DNA from: an uncultured Thermoleophilia bacterium
GTDB lineage: Bacteria; Actinomycetota; Thermoleophilia; UBA2241
NCBI GenBank assembly: GCA_963715985.1
Contig: CAVQSP010000014.1
Coordinates: 384,001 to 448,000, forward strand
Reading direction: 5' to 3'
Length of the DNA: 64,000 bases
Shown here: one piece after another, positions 1 to 10,538 of the stretch
Layout of the letters: the number at the start of each line of letters is the position of its first letter
Position numbering within the stretch: the stretch's first letter is position 1
Program-made: the position numbers and the translations under genes
Notes under the pieces: generated by a model
Told to the model about the DNA's origin: nothing
Database searches by the model: none
Seen by the model: the letters and a program-made list of their open reading frames with translations, nothing else

Positions 1-1545
1 ACGTCGCCCAGTGGTACCTGAGCGCGTCGCCGTTCGACGCCGCCAACCCCGGCTGGACAGCCGGTCGTCGTCAACGCCAACCTGAACACCCCCAACATCG
101 ACGACAGCCTCGCCCAGGCCTGCATGATCTCGGGCACGGTCACGCCGGCCGTGGCCGGCATCGAGGTCTACGTACTGACGAATGGTGCGAACTACTTCGA
201 TTTCGCCGAGTCGATCCAGTCCGGCGATCTGGACGTGCCCGCTGCGGTCACGGACAGCACCGGCTCCTACCAGATCATGCAGCTGAACCCGACCGGTGCT
301 GCCGGCCCAGCGGCCTACTGGGTCTACTTCTATGACCCCACAGGCACGTACGCGCCCATGTGGGGCGGCGGGGGCGCTCCGTGGGCCCCCGGCACGGGTC
401 TCACTCAGACCATCGGCGGGGATCCCATGGTCGCCGACGCCGCCTTGGGGCTCGGGAGCTCCATCAGCGGCGCCGTGGACGGTGACGTCGGCTACGGCGA
501 TCTTCAGTACGACCTGGAGGGCGTGCACGTCCTCGTGTACGAGGCGAGTAGCGGCCTGCTCGTGGGCGACGCCTGGACCGACTACCTTGGCAAGTACACG
601 GTCTACGGTCTGCCGGGCGGCACCGGCGTAGTTGGCCAAGCACCCACACCCGTCAACTACAAGGTCTACTTCGACCCCTCCTATGAGTACGACGGCGACT
701 ACTACGCCGAGTGGTGGAACAACCAGCCCGACTATGCCAACGCCACCCTCGTGCCGATCGCTCACGGCGGCATCAACGTCGCCGGCATCTACGCTCTCCT
801 GCAGGAGTATCCGTGGCTGTGGGGGATCCATCCCGAGTCGGCCGCCAACGACGGCCCCAACCGCTTCGCGACCGAGGTCACGATCGCCGGCTGGGGTTCG
901 GACTTCATCAGCAGCATCTGGCTCGAGCAGCAGGCCAGCCCCTACCGCATGATCTTCGCGTATGACTGGTGGTACGACGTCGACAGCAACGGCGAGGAGA
1001 CGGTCCACGCCCTCTTCAACCTCGCCACGCCGCTGGCCCCCACCGGCATGTACTCGTTGAACTGGTCGCACTACGACCCGTGGGGCAATTACACGGACGA
1101 CTTCGAATGGGACGCCTTCTGGGTGCTGAGCAGCTACGTGCCCCTGCCGCCGGTGACGCCGACCCCGCTGCCGGCCGTGCCGGTCCCGGCCGTGCCCGCC
1201 GCCCCGGCCCCTGCTCCGGCCCCGGTCGTCACCCCGACCCCGGCCCCGCAGCCGGTCGCCGGTGACATCACCACCGTGGCCTACGCGGCCAGCGTCAAGA
1301 AGGGCAAGATCGCGACCCTCAAGTATCGCGTCAACGAGGCTGTCCTCGGTGGCACCGCTGCCGTGAAGATCCAGGTCACGAACGCTGCCGGCGCCGTGGT
1401 GAAGAACATCACGGTCGCTGCTGCGCCGATGAACCAGGACAACAGCGTCGCCTTCAAGTGCAACTTCAAGAAGGGCACCTACAAGTACACCGTGACCGCT
1501 GCGAACGGTAAGAACGTCGCTTCGGCCACGCTGAAGGTCAAGTAA
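1..1545 (+). CDS. Secreted surface/S-layer-like protein, copy 1 (5' end outside window): carboxypeptidase-regulatory-like beta-sandwich repeats, Pro/Ala-rich linker, basic C-terminal Ig-like domain
   Basis: ORF 124-1545 plus upstream sequence homologous to 32840-32962. Repeated ISGxV...GIxV...TDxxGxYxIxGL...YxVxF...YxxxWW motifs; PVTPTPLPAVPVPAVPAAPAPAPAP linker. Confidence 0.75.
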
Positions 1546-1587
1546 GACGCACACACCTGCACCATCTCGGTGCAGTGCAAGAGAAGC

Positions 1588-1622
1588 ACGCGACGGGGCC
1601 GGCTCTGCCGGCCCCGTCGCGT
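1588..1622 (+). terminator. Intrinsic terminator after surface protein copy 1
   Basis: Perfect 16-bp stem ACGCGACGGGGCCGGC-tct-GCCGGCCCCGTCGCGT followed by TTCGTGT. Confidence 0.75.
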
Positions 1623-1734
1623 TTCGTGTCTCTGTCACGTGACTCGGACGGGTCGTGCTTCGGGTCTCGTGCCGCTATTCTGAGACGACCCTGCCGGCGA
1701 TGGACGCCGCAGGCGGACCGTCAAAGGGGGTGCC

Positions 1735-3528
1735 GTGCGGGGAGTGCGAGCGGCGTGGCGAGTGTGGCTGCTCGTCGGCTTGACCCTGGTCGTGAGCGGT
1801 GCCGCGGCGCCGCGGGCGGCTGCAGGCCCGCTGCCGCGCACAGCGCCGCTTGACCCGGCGTTTGTGCGCTACCGGGCCGACCTTGAGGTCAAGCGCGTGC
1901 TCGGCCTGGACCGGGTACCGGGGTTTCGGCCGGGCCTGGTCCCGTCGCCCGTGGACCCGACCGTGTCCGGCGGCGGCGTGCTCGCCGCCGCGCGACGGAC
2001 CGCCTACCCCTCCTCCTATGACCTGCGCACCCTCGGCAGAGTGTCACCGGTCAGGAACCAGCTCCCGTGGGGCACGTGCTGGGTCTTCGCCTCCTACGGT
2101 TCACTGGAGTCGTGCCTGCTGCCCGGCGAGCTGGGCGACTTCTCCGAGGACAACGTGTCGCTCAACGCGGGCTTCGATACCGGCGGCGACCCATACGGTC
2201 ACGGCGGCAACTTCGGCATGGTGGCCGCCTACCTGCTGCGCTGGGCCGGCCCGGTGGACGAGAGCGCGGACCCGTATGGCGACGGGTCCTCCCCCGCCGG
2301 ACTGGCGGTGGCCAAGCACGTGCAGGAAGTCCTGTACATCCCCGGCGGCACCACCGGCAAGGATACGGGCAACATCAAGTACGCGCTCACGACGTACGGT
2401 GCGGTGGCGACCCTGTTCTACTGGGACGAGGAGCGGTACGAGCCCGACGGCGGGGGTTACTACTACAACGGTCGCAGTGACGCCAATCACGCCGTGACCA
2501 TCGTCGGCTGGGATGACGCATTCCCCGGGACCGGCTTCGTCTCGCCGGCCCCCGGCGACGGTGCCTGGCTGGTGAAGAACAGCTGGGGGGACGGCTGGGG
2601 TCAGAGCGGCTACTTCTGGGTGTCCTACTATGATCGCTACTGCGGGTCCGCGATCTCGATGAACGCGGTGTTCAACGGCACGGAACCATCGACCAACTAC
2701 GGTGACGTCTACTCCTACGATCCTCTCGGACAGACGAACGTGTACGGCTTCACCTCGAACACGGTGTGGGGCGCCAACGTGTTCACTGCACGGGGCAACG
2801 ATCTCGTCGTCGCCGTCGGCTTCTACACTCACGCGCCCGGCACCGCCTACACCGTCCGTGCGGGCTCGTCGCTGCAGTCGTTGCAGGACGCCGGCTCGGG
2901 CACGATCGCCGTCCCCGGGTTCCACACGGTGAAGCTCTCGTCACCGCTGCCGGTCACGGTCGGCCGCGAGTTCGTGGTGGCCGTGGGCCTGACGTCCCCG
3001 AGCGACACATACCCTCTTTCCGTCGAGAACGCGGAGGACGGATACAGCTCGGCCGCGACCGCCTCCCCCGGGCAGAGCTTCGCCAGTTACGACGGGGTCG
3101 ACTGGAGCGATCTGAGCGAGTGGGACCGCACGGCCAACGTGTGCCTCAAAGCCTACACGGCGGGCCCGGCGCCGAGCCCCACGCCCACGCCTTCTCCGTC
3201 GACGACCCCCAAGCCGCCCGCGGATACCGTCGGCCCTGTGTGCGCCGCGAAGAACGTCACGGTGAAGCGCTACGGGACGTGCAGCATCGCCTTCATGGTG
3301 CACGACGCGACCAGTGCCCAGGTGACCAGGCACGTGGTGCTCACCACGAAGTCGGGGGTCGTGAAGATGAGACGGGCGTGGGACTACGGGGTCGATAGCG
3401 ACGGCTGGAGGTCCTTTCGCTACCGCTGTCCGCTTCCCAGGGGGAGCTATCGCATCGTCGTCACCGGCGAGGACCTTGCCGGCAACAGCGCCAGCGTGGT
3501 CGGCAGGGCCACGTTGACGGTGACGTAG
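1735..3528 (+). CDS. Secreted papain-family (C1A) cysteine protease with lectin-like domain and C-terminal Ig-like domain
   Basis: Signal peptide; YDLR...VRNQ..WGTCWVF (catalytic Cys), NHAVTIVGWDD (His), WLVKNSWG (Asn); lectin-like region ending in ANVCLKAYT; PSPTPTPSP linker. Confidence 0.9.
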   Translation: MRGVRAAWRVWLLVGLTLVVSGAAAPRAAAGPLPRTAPLDPAFVRYRADLEVKRVLGLDRVPGFRPGLVPSPVDPTVSGGGVLAAARRTAYPSSYDLRTLGRVSPVRNQLPWGTCWVFASYGSLESCLLPGELGDFSEDNVSLNAGFDTGGDPYGHGGNFGMVAAYLLRWAGPVDESADPYGDGSSPAGLAVAKHVQEVLYIPGGTTGKDTGNIKYALTTYGAVATLFYWDEERYEPDGGGYYYNGRSDANHAVTIVGWDDAFPGTGFVSPAPGDGAWLVKNSWGDGWGQSGYFWVSYYDRYCGSAISMNAVFNGTEPSTNYGDVYSYDPLGQTNVYGFTSNTVWGANVFTARGNDLVVAVGFYTHAPGTAYTVRAGSSLQSLQDAGSGTIAVPGFHTVKLSSPLPVTVGREFVVAVGLTSPSDTYPLSVENAEDGYSSAATASPGQSFASYDGVDWSDLSEWDRTANVCLKAYTAGPAPSPTPTPSPSTTPKPPADTVGPVCAAKNVTVKRYGTCSIAFMVHDATSAQVTRHVVLTTKSGVVKMRRAWDYGVDSDGWRSFRYRCPLPRGSYRIVVTGEDLAGNSASVVGRATLTVT

Positions 3529-3576
3529 GCACGGCTCCGGTACCATGGACGAGGCACGCGGCCGAGAGGAGATGCG

Positions 3577-5330
3577 ATGCGCAGCGCGCTGGTGAAGATG
3601 AGGATCGTGCTGACAGCGTCGCTGCTGCTGGTCGCCGTGGTCGGCCTGGCCTGGCCGGCGGTCTCGCGCGCGACGACGCTGGAGCGGCTCAGCGTGGCGC
3701 AGATGTCGCGGCACGCGGTGGCCGTAGTGGAGGGCACCGTGCTCTCAACGGCGGCACGGGAGACGTCGTCCGGAGTGCGCACCGCCGTTCGCATCCACGT
3801 GGAACGCGTGCTCAAAGGGGTACAGTCGCGCATCATGACGGTAAACGTCCCAGGCGGCGCTCTGCGGGACGGCAGCGTCGTCGTCGTGAGCGGCATGCCG
3901 TCCTTCACGGTGGGCCAGCGCTACGTCGTCTTCGTCGACGTCTACGGGTGGGTCATCGGCGGCTTCCAGGGGCAGTTCGAGGTGGAGCAGGGCCGCGTGA
4001 CCGCCACCGGCGAGTCGCTCGGAGCCTTCGGGCGCCGCGTGGGGGCGGCTCTGGGCCGGCCGGCGTCGGCGCCTTCGGTCCGGCTCCGCGGCGGCACCGA
4101 AAGCGCGAGCGGTTGCCCTGGCCGCGCCCACGATCACCGGCATCTCGCCGTCCTCGGCCTCCGCCGGCACAGGGAGCTCTGTGACGATCAGCGGCAGCGG
4201 CTTCGGTACCGTGCGCGGCAAGGTGTACTTCTCCTACGGCCGCAAGGGCGTCATGCGCATCGCCTCGACGTCCATCCAGTCCTGGAGGGACTCCTCCGTC
4301 ACCTGCGTGGTGCCCATCGACATCATCGACGACTACGCCGCGTCCGCCGGCAGCGGACCTGTGGTCGTGACCACCGCTCTGGGTATGCAGTCGAACGAGT
4401 TCACGTTCTAGGTCCCCTTCGGCTACGGTGACGCCAAGTGGAACAGGACGTCCGTGACGTATCGCGTGAACACCTCCGGCGTGGACACCGACCTGCGCAC
4501 GAGCCTGCTGGACGCCGGCGCAGAGATGTGGAGCGACGTCGGTGCGAGGTTCTCGTTCAAGGACGGCGGTACGACCACCTCGACCTTGGCCGAGGACGGC
4601 GTCAACGTGATCAGCTGGGCGGACGGTCTGCCCTACGGGGTGCTTGCGTGGACGCTGACGTCTGTCGACGGCGCCGTGATCTCCGAGATCGACATCGAGT
4701 TCAGCAACGCCTTCGCCTGGAGTGACGGGGCCCCCGGCTCGGGCACGTACGACCTGCAGACCACGGCCTCGCACGAGCTCGGCCATTGGCTGGCACTGCT
4801 CGACCAGTACATGCCTGCGGACGCCGAGAAGGTCATGTACGGCTACGGCGACAAGAGGTGCAGAAGCGCACGCCGGCGTCCGGGTGACATCGCCGGCATC
4901 ACCTGGATCTACGGCGGCGGCCCTGGGCCGACGCCCACGCCGACCACGACGCCGACGGTCTCGCCGACGCGACGCCGACGCCACTCCGCGACCGCTCCCA
5001 CGCCGACACCCACCCCGAGTCCGGCGGACGTCGGGGCCGGTGTGCGCAGCTCCGCAACGCCAGCGCGCGGCGCGGCGGCATCTGCAGGATCGAGTACATG
5101 GTCTCCGACGACTCGAGCCTCGTGGTGACCCGCGGATCATCGCATCACCACCACCGCAGGGGTGGTGAAGAAGAGCTGGTCCGGAGTGCCCGAAGCGCTG
5201 GACGCGTGGCAGTCCTTCAGGTTCAGGTGCGACCTGCGCAAAGGCAACGTACCGGATCGTGGTCACGGCAGAGGACCTGCTCGGGCACCCCGCGAGCGTG
5301 GTCGGCCGGGCGACGCTGACGGTCAGGTAG
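3577..5330 (+). CDS. Secreted matrixin (M10/M57-like) metalloprotease with IPT/TIG domain and C-terminal Ig-like domain; broken by several indels and an in-frame TAG at 4409
   Basis: Signal peptide; TIG motif VTISGSGFG; HELGHWLAL zinc motif followed by VMYG Met-turn; Pro/Thr linker; C-terminus ...SVVGRATLTVR*. Confidence 0.8.
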
Positions 5331-5426
5331 GCCGGGTCAGGCAGGCCGCCGGTGCCGGTCCGGGGCTTGCGGGCGGCGCCGGCAGGCTATACTCTCGTGC
5401 ATAGGTCTTATGCACGGGAGGGCACG

Positions 5427-6503
5427 CTGAACGGACCCACGCTCTTCGTCGATCTGGACAAGGTGCGCGACAACACGCGCCGCGTCGTGGCAGCCCTGGG
5501 CCGCGTCGACGTGATCGGCGTCACCAAGGTGAGCTGTGGCAGCCCGGAGGTAGGCGCCGCGCTGCTCGAGGGGGGCGTCGTCGCCCTCGGCGAGTCGCGG
5601 CTGGAGAACGCCGAGCGGCTTCGCGACGCCGGGGTCACGGCGCCGCTGTGGCTGCTGCGGGCGCCGCCGCCGGGTCTGGCCGAGGCGACCGTCCGGCTCT
5701 GCGACGTGTCGCTGCAGAGCGAGCTCGAGACGGTGACGGCGCTGGACGCCGCCGGCCGCCGGCAGGGCCGCCGGCACGGCATCGTGGCCATGGTCGAGCT
5801 CGGTGACTTGCGCGAGGGCATGATGCCGGCCGAGCTGCCCGGCTTCGTTGCGGCCGTCGAGAGGCTCGACAACGTCGAGCTTGCCGGCGTCGGCGTGAAC
5901 CTCACCTGCTACGGCGCCGTGGTACCCGACGAGGAGAACCTCGGCCGCCTCGCGGAGCTTGCGGCGGCCGTCGAGCGGCAGACAGGTCGCCGGCTTCGTC
6001 ACGTCTCCGGCGGCAACTCCGGCTCCCTCGACGTGGCGCTCTCGGGTCGCATGCCGGCGACCGTCACCTCGTTGCGCATCGGCGAGAGCATCCTTCTCGG
6101 CGTGGACACGCTCACGCGGGAGCCGCTGCCGCTGGGGCTGCACCTGGATGCCTTCACCGTTGCGGCGCCCGTGATCGAGTGCCTGGAGAAGCCGTCGCTG
6201 CCGACGGGCACGCAGGCTCAGGACGCCTACGGCAACAGGCCCGTCTTCGGCGTCGACAGGGGGCTGCGGCGGCGCGCGATCTGCGCCCTCGGGCGCCAGG
6301 ACGCGCCGCCGGAGGGCCTGCGCCCGCTGGACCCCCGGATCGAGATACTGGGGGCCTCCAGCGACCACCTCATCCTCGACGTGCACGACCTCGACCGGCC
6401 GCCCTCTCTGGGCGACCCGGTGAGCTTCGTGCCGACCTACGCTGCCACGCTGCAGCTGTTCACCTCACCGTACGTCCACAAGGTGTTCACTCCGCCAGCC
6501 TGA
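5427..6503 (+). CDS. PLP-dependent alanine/ornithine racemase family enzyme (Orr-like)
   Basis: GVTK PLP-lysine motif, GESRLEN, MVELGDLREG, NLTCYG, SGGNSGSL, RIGESILLG, GASSDHL. Start is uncertain (CTG after GGGAGGG). Confidence 0.85.
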   Translation: MNGPTLFVDLDKVRDNTRRVVAALGRVDVIGVTKVSCGSPEVGAALLEGGVVALGESRLENAERLRDAGVTAPLWLLRAPPPGLAEATVRLCDVSLQSELETVTALDAAGRRQGRRHGIVAMVELGDLREGMMPAELPGFVAAVERLDNVELAGVGVNLTCYGAVVPDEENLGRLAELAAAVERQTGRRLRHVSGGNSGSLDVALSGRMPATVTSLRIGESILLGVDTLTREPLPLGLHLDAFTVAAPVIECLEKPSLPTGTQAQDAYGNRPVFGVDRGLRRRAICALGRQDAPPEGLRPLDPRIEILGASSDHLILDVHDLDRPPSLGDPVSFVPTYAATLQLFTSPYVHKVFTPPA

Positions 6504-6548
6504 CACCCTGATCGTGGCGCGGAGACACCTGCAACCACAGGAGTGAGC

Positions 6549-7876
6549 ATGGCCAGAAAGACACGAGAGTCCTGATCATGGGAGCCGCCGGGCGCGACTT
6601 CCACAACTTCAACACCTTCTTCCGCCACAACGAGTTCTATGAGGTCGTGGCCTTCACAGCCACGCAGATCCCCTACATCAACGACCGCAAGTACCCCGCG
6701 GAGCTGGCCGGCCGGTTGTATCCCGACGGCATCCGCATCCACGACGAGTCGGAGCTCGAGGAGCTCGTCGGGAAGCTCGAGGTCGATCAGGTCGTGTTCG
6801 CCTACTCGCGACGTACCGTACGAGTACGTGATGCACCGCTCGGCGCGCGTGAACTCCCTGGGGGCCGACTTCCGCCTCATGGGCCCGGCGCACACCATGG
6901 TCAAGAGCACGAAGCCGGTGATCGCCGTCTGCGCCGTGCGCACCGGCGCCGGCAAGAGCCAGACCACGCGCAAGATCCAGACCATGCTGCGCGAGGCCGG
7001 CAAGAAGGTCGTCTCCATCCGCCACCCGATGCCGTACGGCGACCTCGTCGCCCAGCGCGTGCAGCGGTACGCGACGCTGGACGACCTCAAGAAGTACGAG
7101 TGCACCATCGAGGAGATGGAGGAGTACGAGCCGCACGTCATGGCCGGCAACGTCATCTACGCCGGCGTGGACTACGAGGCCATCGTGCGCGAGGCCGAGA
7201 AGGAAGCCGACGTCATCCTCTGGGACGGTGGCAACAACGACTACAGCTTCTACGCCGCCGACCTCTACATCACCGTCGCCGACCCGCACCGGCCCGGTGA
7301 CGGACTCGTGTACTACCCGGGCGAGGTCAACCTGCGGCTCGCCGACGTCGTCGTGCTCAACAAGATCGACACCGCCGATCGCGCCGGCATCGACGCCGAG
7401 CTGGAGGCCGTGCGCTCGGTGAACGCGAAGGCGACGATCATCATGGCGCGCCTCACCGGTCACCGTCGACAAGCCCGCGATGATCAAGGGCAAGAAGCGT
7501 CCTCGTGGTCGAAGACGGCCCCACGCTGACGCACGGCGAGATGAAGTACGGCGCCGGCACCGTGGCCGCGAGGCAGTTCGGCGCGGCCGAGCTCATCGAC
7601 CCGCGGCCGTTCGCCACCGGCGAGATCAAGGCGACGTTCGAGAAGTACCCGAACGTCGGCGTGCTGTTGCCGGCCATGGGGTACTCGGAGCAGCAGCTCA
7701 AGGACCTGGAGACGACCATCAACGCCTCCGGCGCCGACGTCGTCGTCATCGGCACGCCCATGGACCTGCGCCGCATCATCGACATCAAGCTGCCCGCCGT
7801 GCAGGTCGGCTACGACCTGCAGGAGATCGGCAGCCCGACGCTCGAGGACGTGCTCAAGCGTCACAAGTTCATCTGA
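6549..7876 (+). CDS. Cyclic 2,3-diphosphoglycerate synthetase-like P-loop protein (COG2403), probable arginine synthetase ArcE; frameshifted
   Basis: MGAAGRDFHNFN, TATQIP, AVRTGAGKSQT Walker A, RHPMPYG, WDGGNND, VEDGPTLTHG, LPAMGY, spread across ORFs 6578, 6639 and 7505. Confidence 0.85.
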
Positions 7877-7890
7877 GCCACTCGAGGTGC

Positions 7891-7949
7891 CGCCGGGGCG
7901 GCGGCGGGAACACGGCGACTGCCGTCATGTTCCCGCCGCCGCCCCGGCG
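7891..7949. terminator. Long intergenic hairpin between the ArcE-like gene and the carbamoyltransferase gene
   Basis: Inverted repeat CGCCGGGGCGGCGGCGGGAACA...TGTTCCCGCCGCCGCCCCGGCG. Confidence 0.55.
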
Positions 7950-7996
7950 CGGTCAGGTAGACTTCACCGGCCGACACTCGCTCCCAGGAGGGTCCC

Positions 7997-8960
7997 ATGC
8001 CCGAGATCGTCAACGCCTGCCTCTCCGAGCTCGACCTCACCGGCCGCAGCTTCCTCACGATCCATGACTTCACGCCCGACGAAGTCCGCTCGCTGCTCGA
8101 TCTGGCCGCCGCCATGAAGGACGCCCAGAAGCGCCGTGCGCCCCATCACGTGCTGGCCGGCCGTGCCGTGGCCATGATCTTCATGAAGACCAGCACCCGC
8201 ACGCGCATGAGCTTCGAGGTCGGTATCGAGCAGCTCGGCGCGCAGCCCATCTTCCTCAATGCCAACGACATCCAGCTCCGCGTCGGCGAGACGATCAAGG
8301 ACACGGCCAACGTGATGAGCCGGTACGTGGACTGCATCATGATCCGCACCTTCGCCCAGCGGGACGTGGAGGACCTGGCCGCGTACGGGCAGATCCCGGT
8401 CATCAACGGGCTCACCGACACGCACCACCCCTGCCAGGGCATGGCCGACGCGCTGACCATTACGTGAGCACTGCGGGCGTCTGGACGGGATCAAGCTGGT
8501 CTACATCGGCGACGGCAACAACGTCACGCACTCGCTCGCCGAAGTGGGGGCCAAGACCGGGATGCACGTCGTCGCCTGCACGCCTGAGGACTACCGGCCG
8601 GACGCGGAGATCATCGCCCGGGCGCAGGAGGACGCGAAGGAGACCGGGGCCACCATCGAGCTGACCGGCGACGTGGCGGCGGCGGTGAAGGGTGCGGACG
8701 TCATCTACACCGACACGTTCACGAGCATGGGCCAGGAGGCGGAGCACGACGTGCGCCTGGCCGCCCTCACGAGCTACCAGGTGAACGCGCAGCTGCTGGA
8801 GGTGGCCGGCCCGCAGGTCAGAGTCATGCACTGCCTGCCGGCCCATTGGGGCGAGGAGATCACCGAAGAGGTGCTGTACTCGCCCAGCTCGGTGGTCTTC
8901 GACCAGGCCGAGAACCGGCTGCACGCGCAGAAGGCGATCATGGCGGCCGTCATCGCCTGA
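7997..8960 (+). CDS. argF: Ornithine carbamoyltransferase (ArgF/ArcB); frameshift near 8464
   Basis: STRTRMSFE, HPCQ, GDGNN, YTDTFTSMG, MHCLPA and QAENRLH motifs. Confidence 0.93.
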
Positions 8961-8984
8961 CGGCGCCGCCGAGGTCGGTGGCAC

Positions 8985-9032
8985 GTGCGCGAAGGGGCGG
9001 GGCGCCGGCAGGCGCCCCGCCCCTTCGCGCAC
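8985..9032. terminator. Bidirectional terminator-like hairpin between convergent genes
   Basis: Perfect 22-bp stem GTGCGCGAAGGGGCGGGGCGCC-ggca-GGCGCCCCGCCCCTTCGCGCAC. Confidence 0.7.
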
Positions 9033-9036
9033 CGGC

Positions 9037-10531
9037 TCACTTCCAGGTGACGAACCACGTCAGGCGCCGGTAGACCTCGAAGAGCACGGGGTAGCCGAGC
9101 AGGAAGGGCAGCCACGCCAGCCCGAGGCCGGCTACGGCGCCCACGTACGCCCAGGCGGCCGCGGCAAGCGTGACCGGCCGCCGCTCCGGCGCCCGCACGA
9201 TCGCGGCCGCGGCTGCGGCCGCCAGGCAGGCGCCCCCGACCAGGGCCGCGCCGCGCCACCAGAGGCCGGATCCGTCTCCGAGCACGCCCTCTCCCAGGCC
9301 CGCCACGCTCAGGGCGCCGGAGGTGAGCAGCGCGGCGGCGCCGAAGCCCAGGACCTGCGGCGGGCAGGCGACGCGCTGCCGAGCCATGCGCGCGAGGGCC
9401 GTGGCCACGAGGATCGCCAGGAACGGGACGACCGGTGCCATGTAGTAGATGTACGCCTGGCGTGTGGTGAACAGCCACGGCACGTAGAGGACGGCCACCA
9501 GCAGCGGCGCCAGCGCCAGGCGTGCGTCGCGGCGCAGCGGCGGCCTGCACGCCGAGCACCACGAACGCGGCCAGCGCCGCCCACCACAGCAGCGGGTTGC
9601 CGATCGCGATCAGCCCGGTCGTGCCGCGGTCCGTGGCCGCGAACCGGTACCAGATGGGGTGGACGTCCGCGGGCCACGTGGCCGGACGGGAGGCGAAGCT
9701 CACCGTGCCGCGCACGTCCCAGTTGAAGCCCAGCATGTAGCGCTGCAGGTGCAGCCAGTCAGCGACGCCGTGGCCGCTCCAGAAGTAGCCGGCATAGCCG
9801 GCCACGTACACGACGGCCGCGAGCGCGAGGACGACGCCGGCCGCCGCCGCCAGCCGGCGGCCTCCCAGGCGGCGCGCCGCCAGCCCGTACACCACGAAGG
9901 CGGCGAGCACCGCGAGCGCGCCCGACCACTTGCTGCCCACGGCCGCGCCGGCGGCGAGGCCGCAGAGTACGGTCCAGCGCGCGAAGTGGCCGCCGGGGGC
10001 CGCCGCGCGCAGGGCGCAGTAGATGCAGGCCGCCGTGCCCAGGGCGACGAACGCATCGAGCACGGCGAGGCGCGACTCGACGACCAGCATGGTGTCGGCG
10101 GCCGCCAGCACCGTGGCCGCAAGGGCCCACAGCGGGGGCAGGCGCAGGCGCCTCGCCAACGGGTAGACGAGCGCGATGAGGAGCGTCCCCGCCAGGGCGG
10201 AGGGGAGCCGCCAGCCCCAGGGCCCGTCGCCGAAGGCGGCGATGCTGCCGGCGATGGCGAGCGTGGCGAGCTCGGGGTGCGCCAGCGAGCGTGCCGCGCC
10301 GGGCCGCCACGAGTCCGGGCCACGCGGCCCCAGGTCGCCGCGCAGAAGGGCGGCGGCGTCGTGGGCGTAGTAGTACTCGTCGAAGACGTAGCCGGGGAAG
10401 GTGTCGAGGCCCGCAAAGCGCACGAGCGCGGAGACGGCCACGGTGAGGACGACGAGCGTGAGGATGAGGCGCCGCCGGCCGGAGCCCGGCGTGGCGGGCG
10501 CGAGGCTGCTTGCCGGGCCGGCGCTCTGCAT
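9037..10531 (-). CDS. Phospholipid-carrier-dependent glycosyltransferase (protein O-mannosyltransferase Pmt/GT39-like); frameshift near 9535
   Basis: VFDEYYYA, HPELA, FGDGPWGWRLP, VESRLAVLD, KWSG, GNPLLWW and LYVPW...YIYY motifs; many TM segments. Confidence 0.85.
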
Positions 10532-10538
10532 GGGGCGA

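Noticed and set aside
4409-4411. In-frame TAG in the matrixin gene as pyrrolysine or stop-codon recoding
   Set aside because: TAG is used as a normal stop elsewhere (3528, 34380, 40163). There are no pyl genes in the window, and the gene has other errors.
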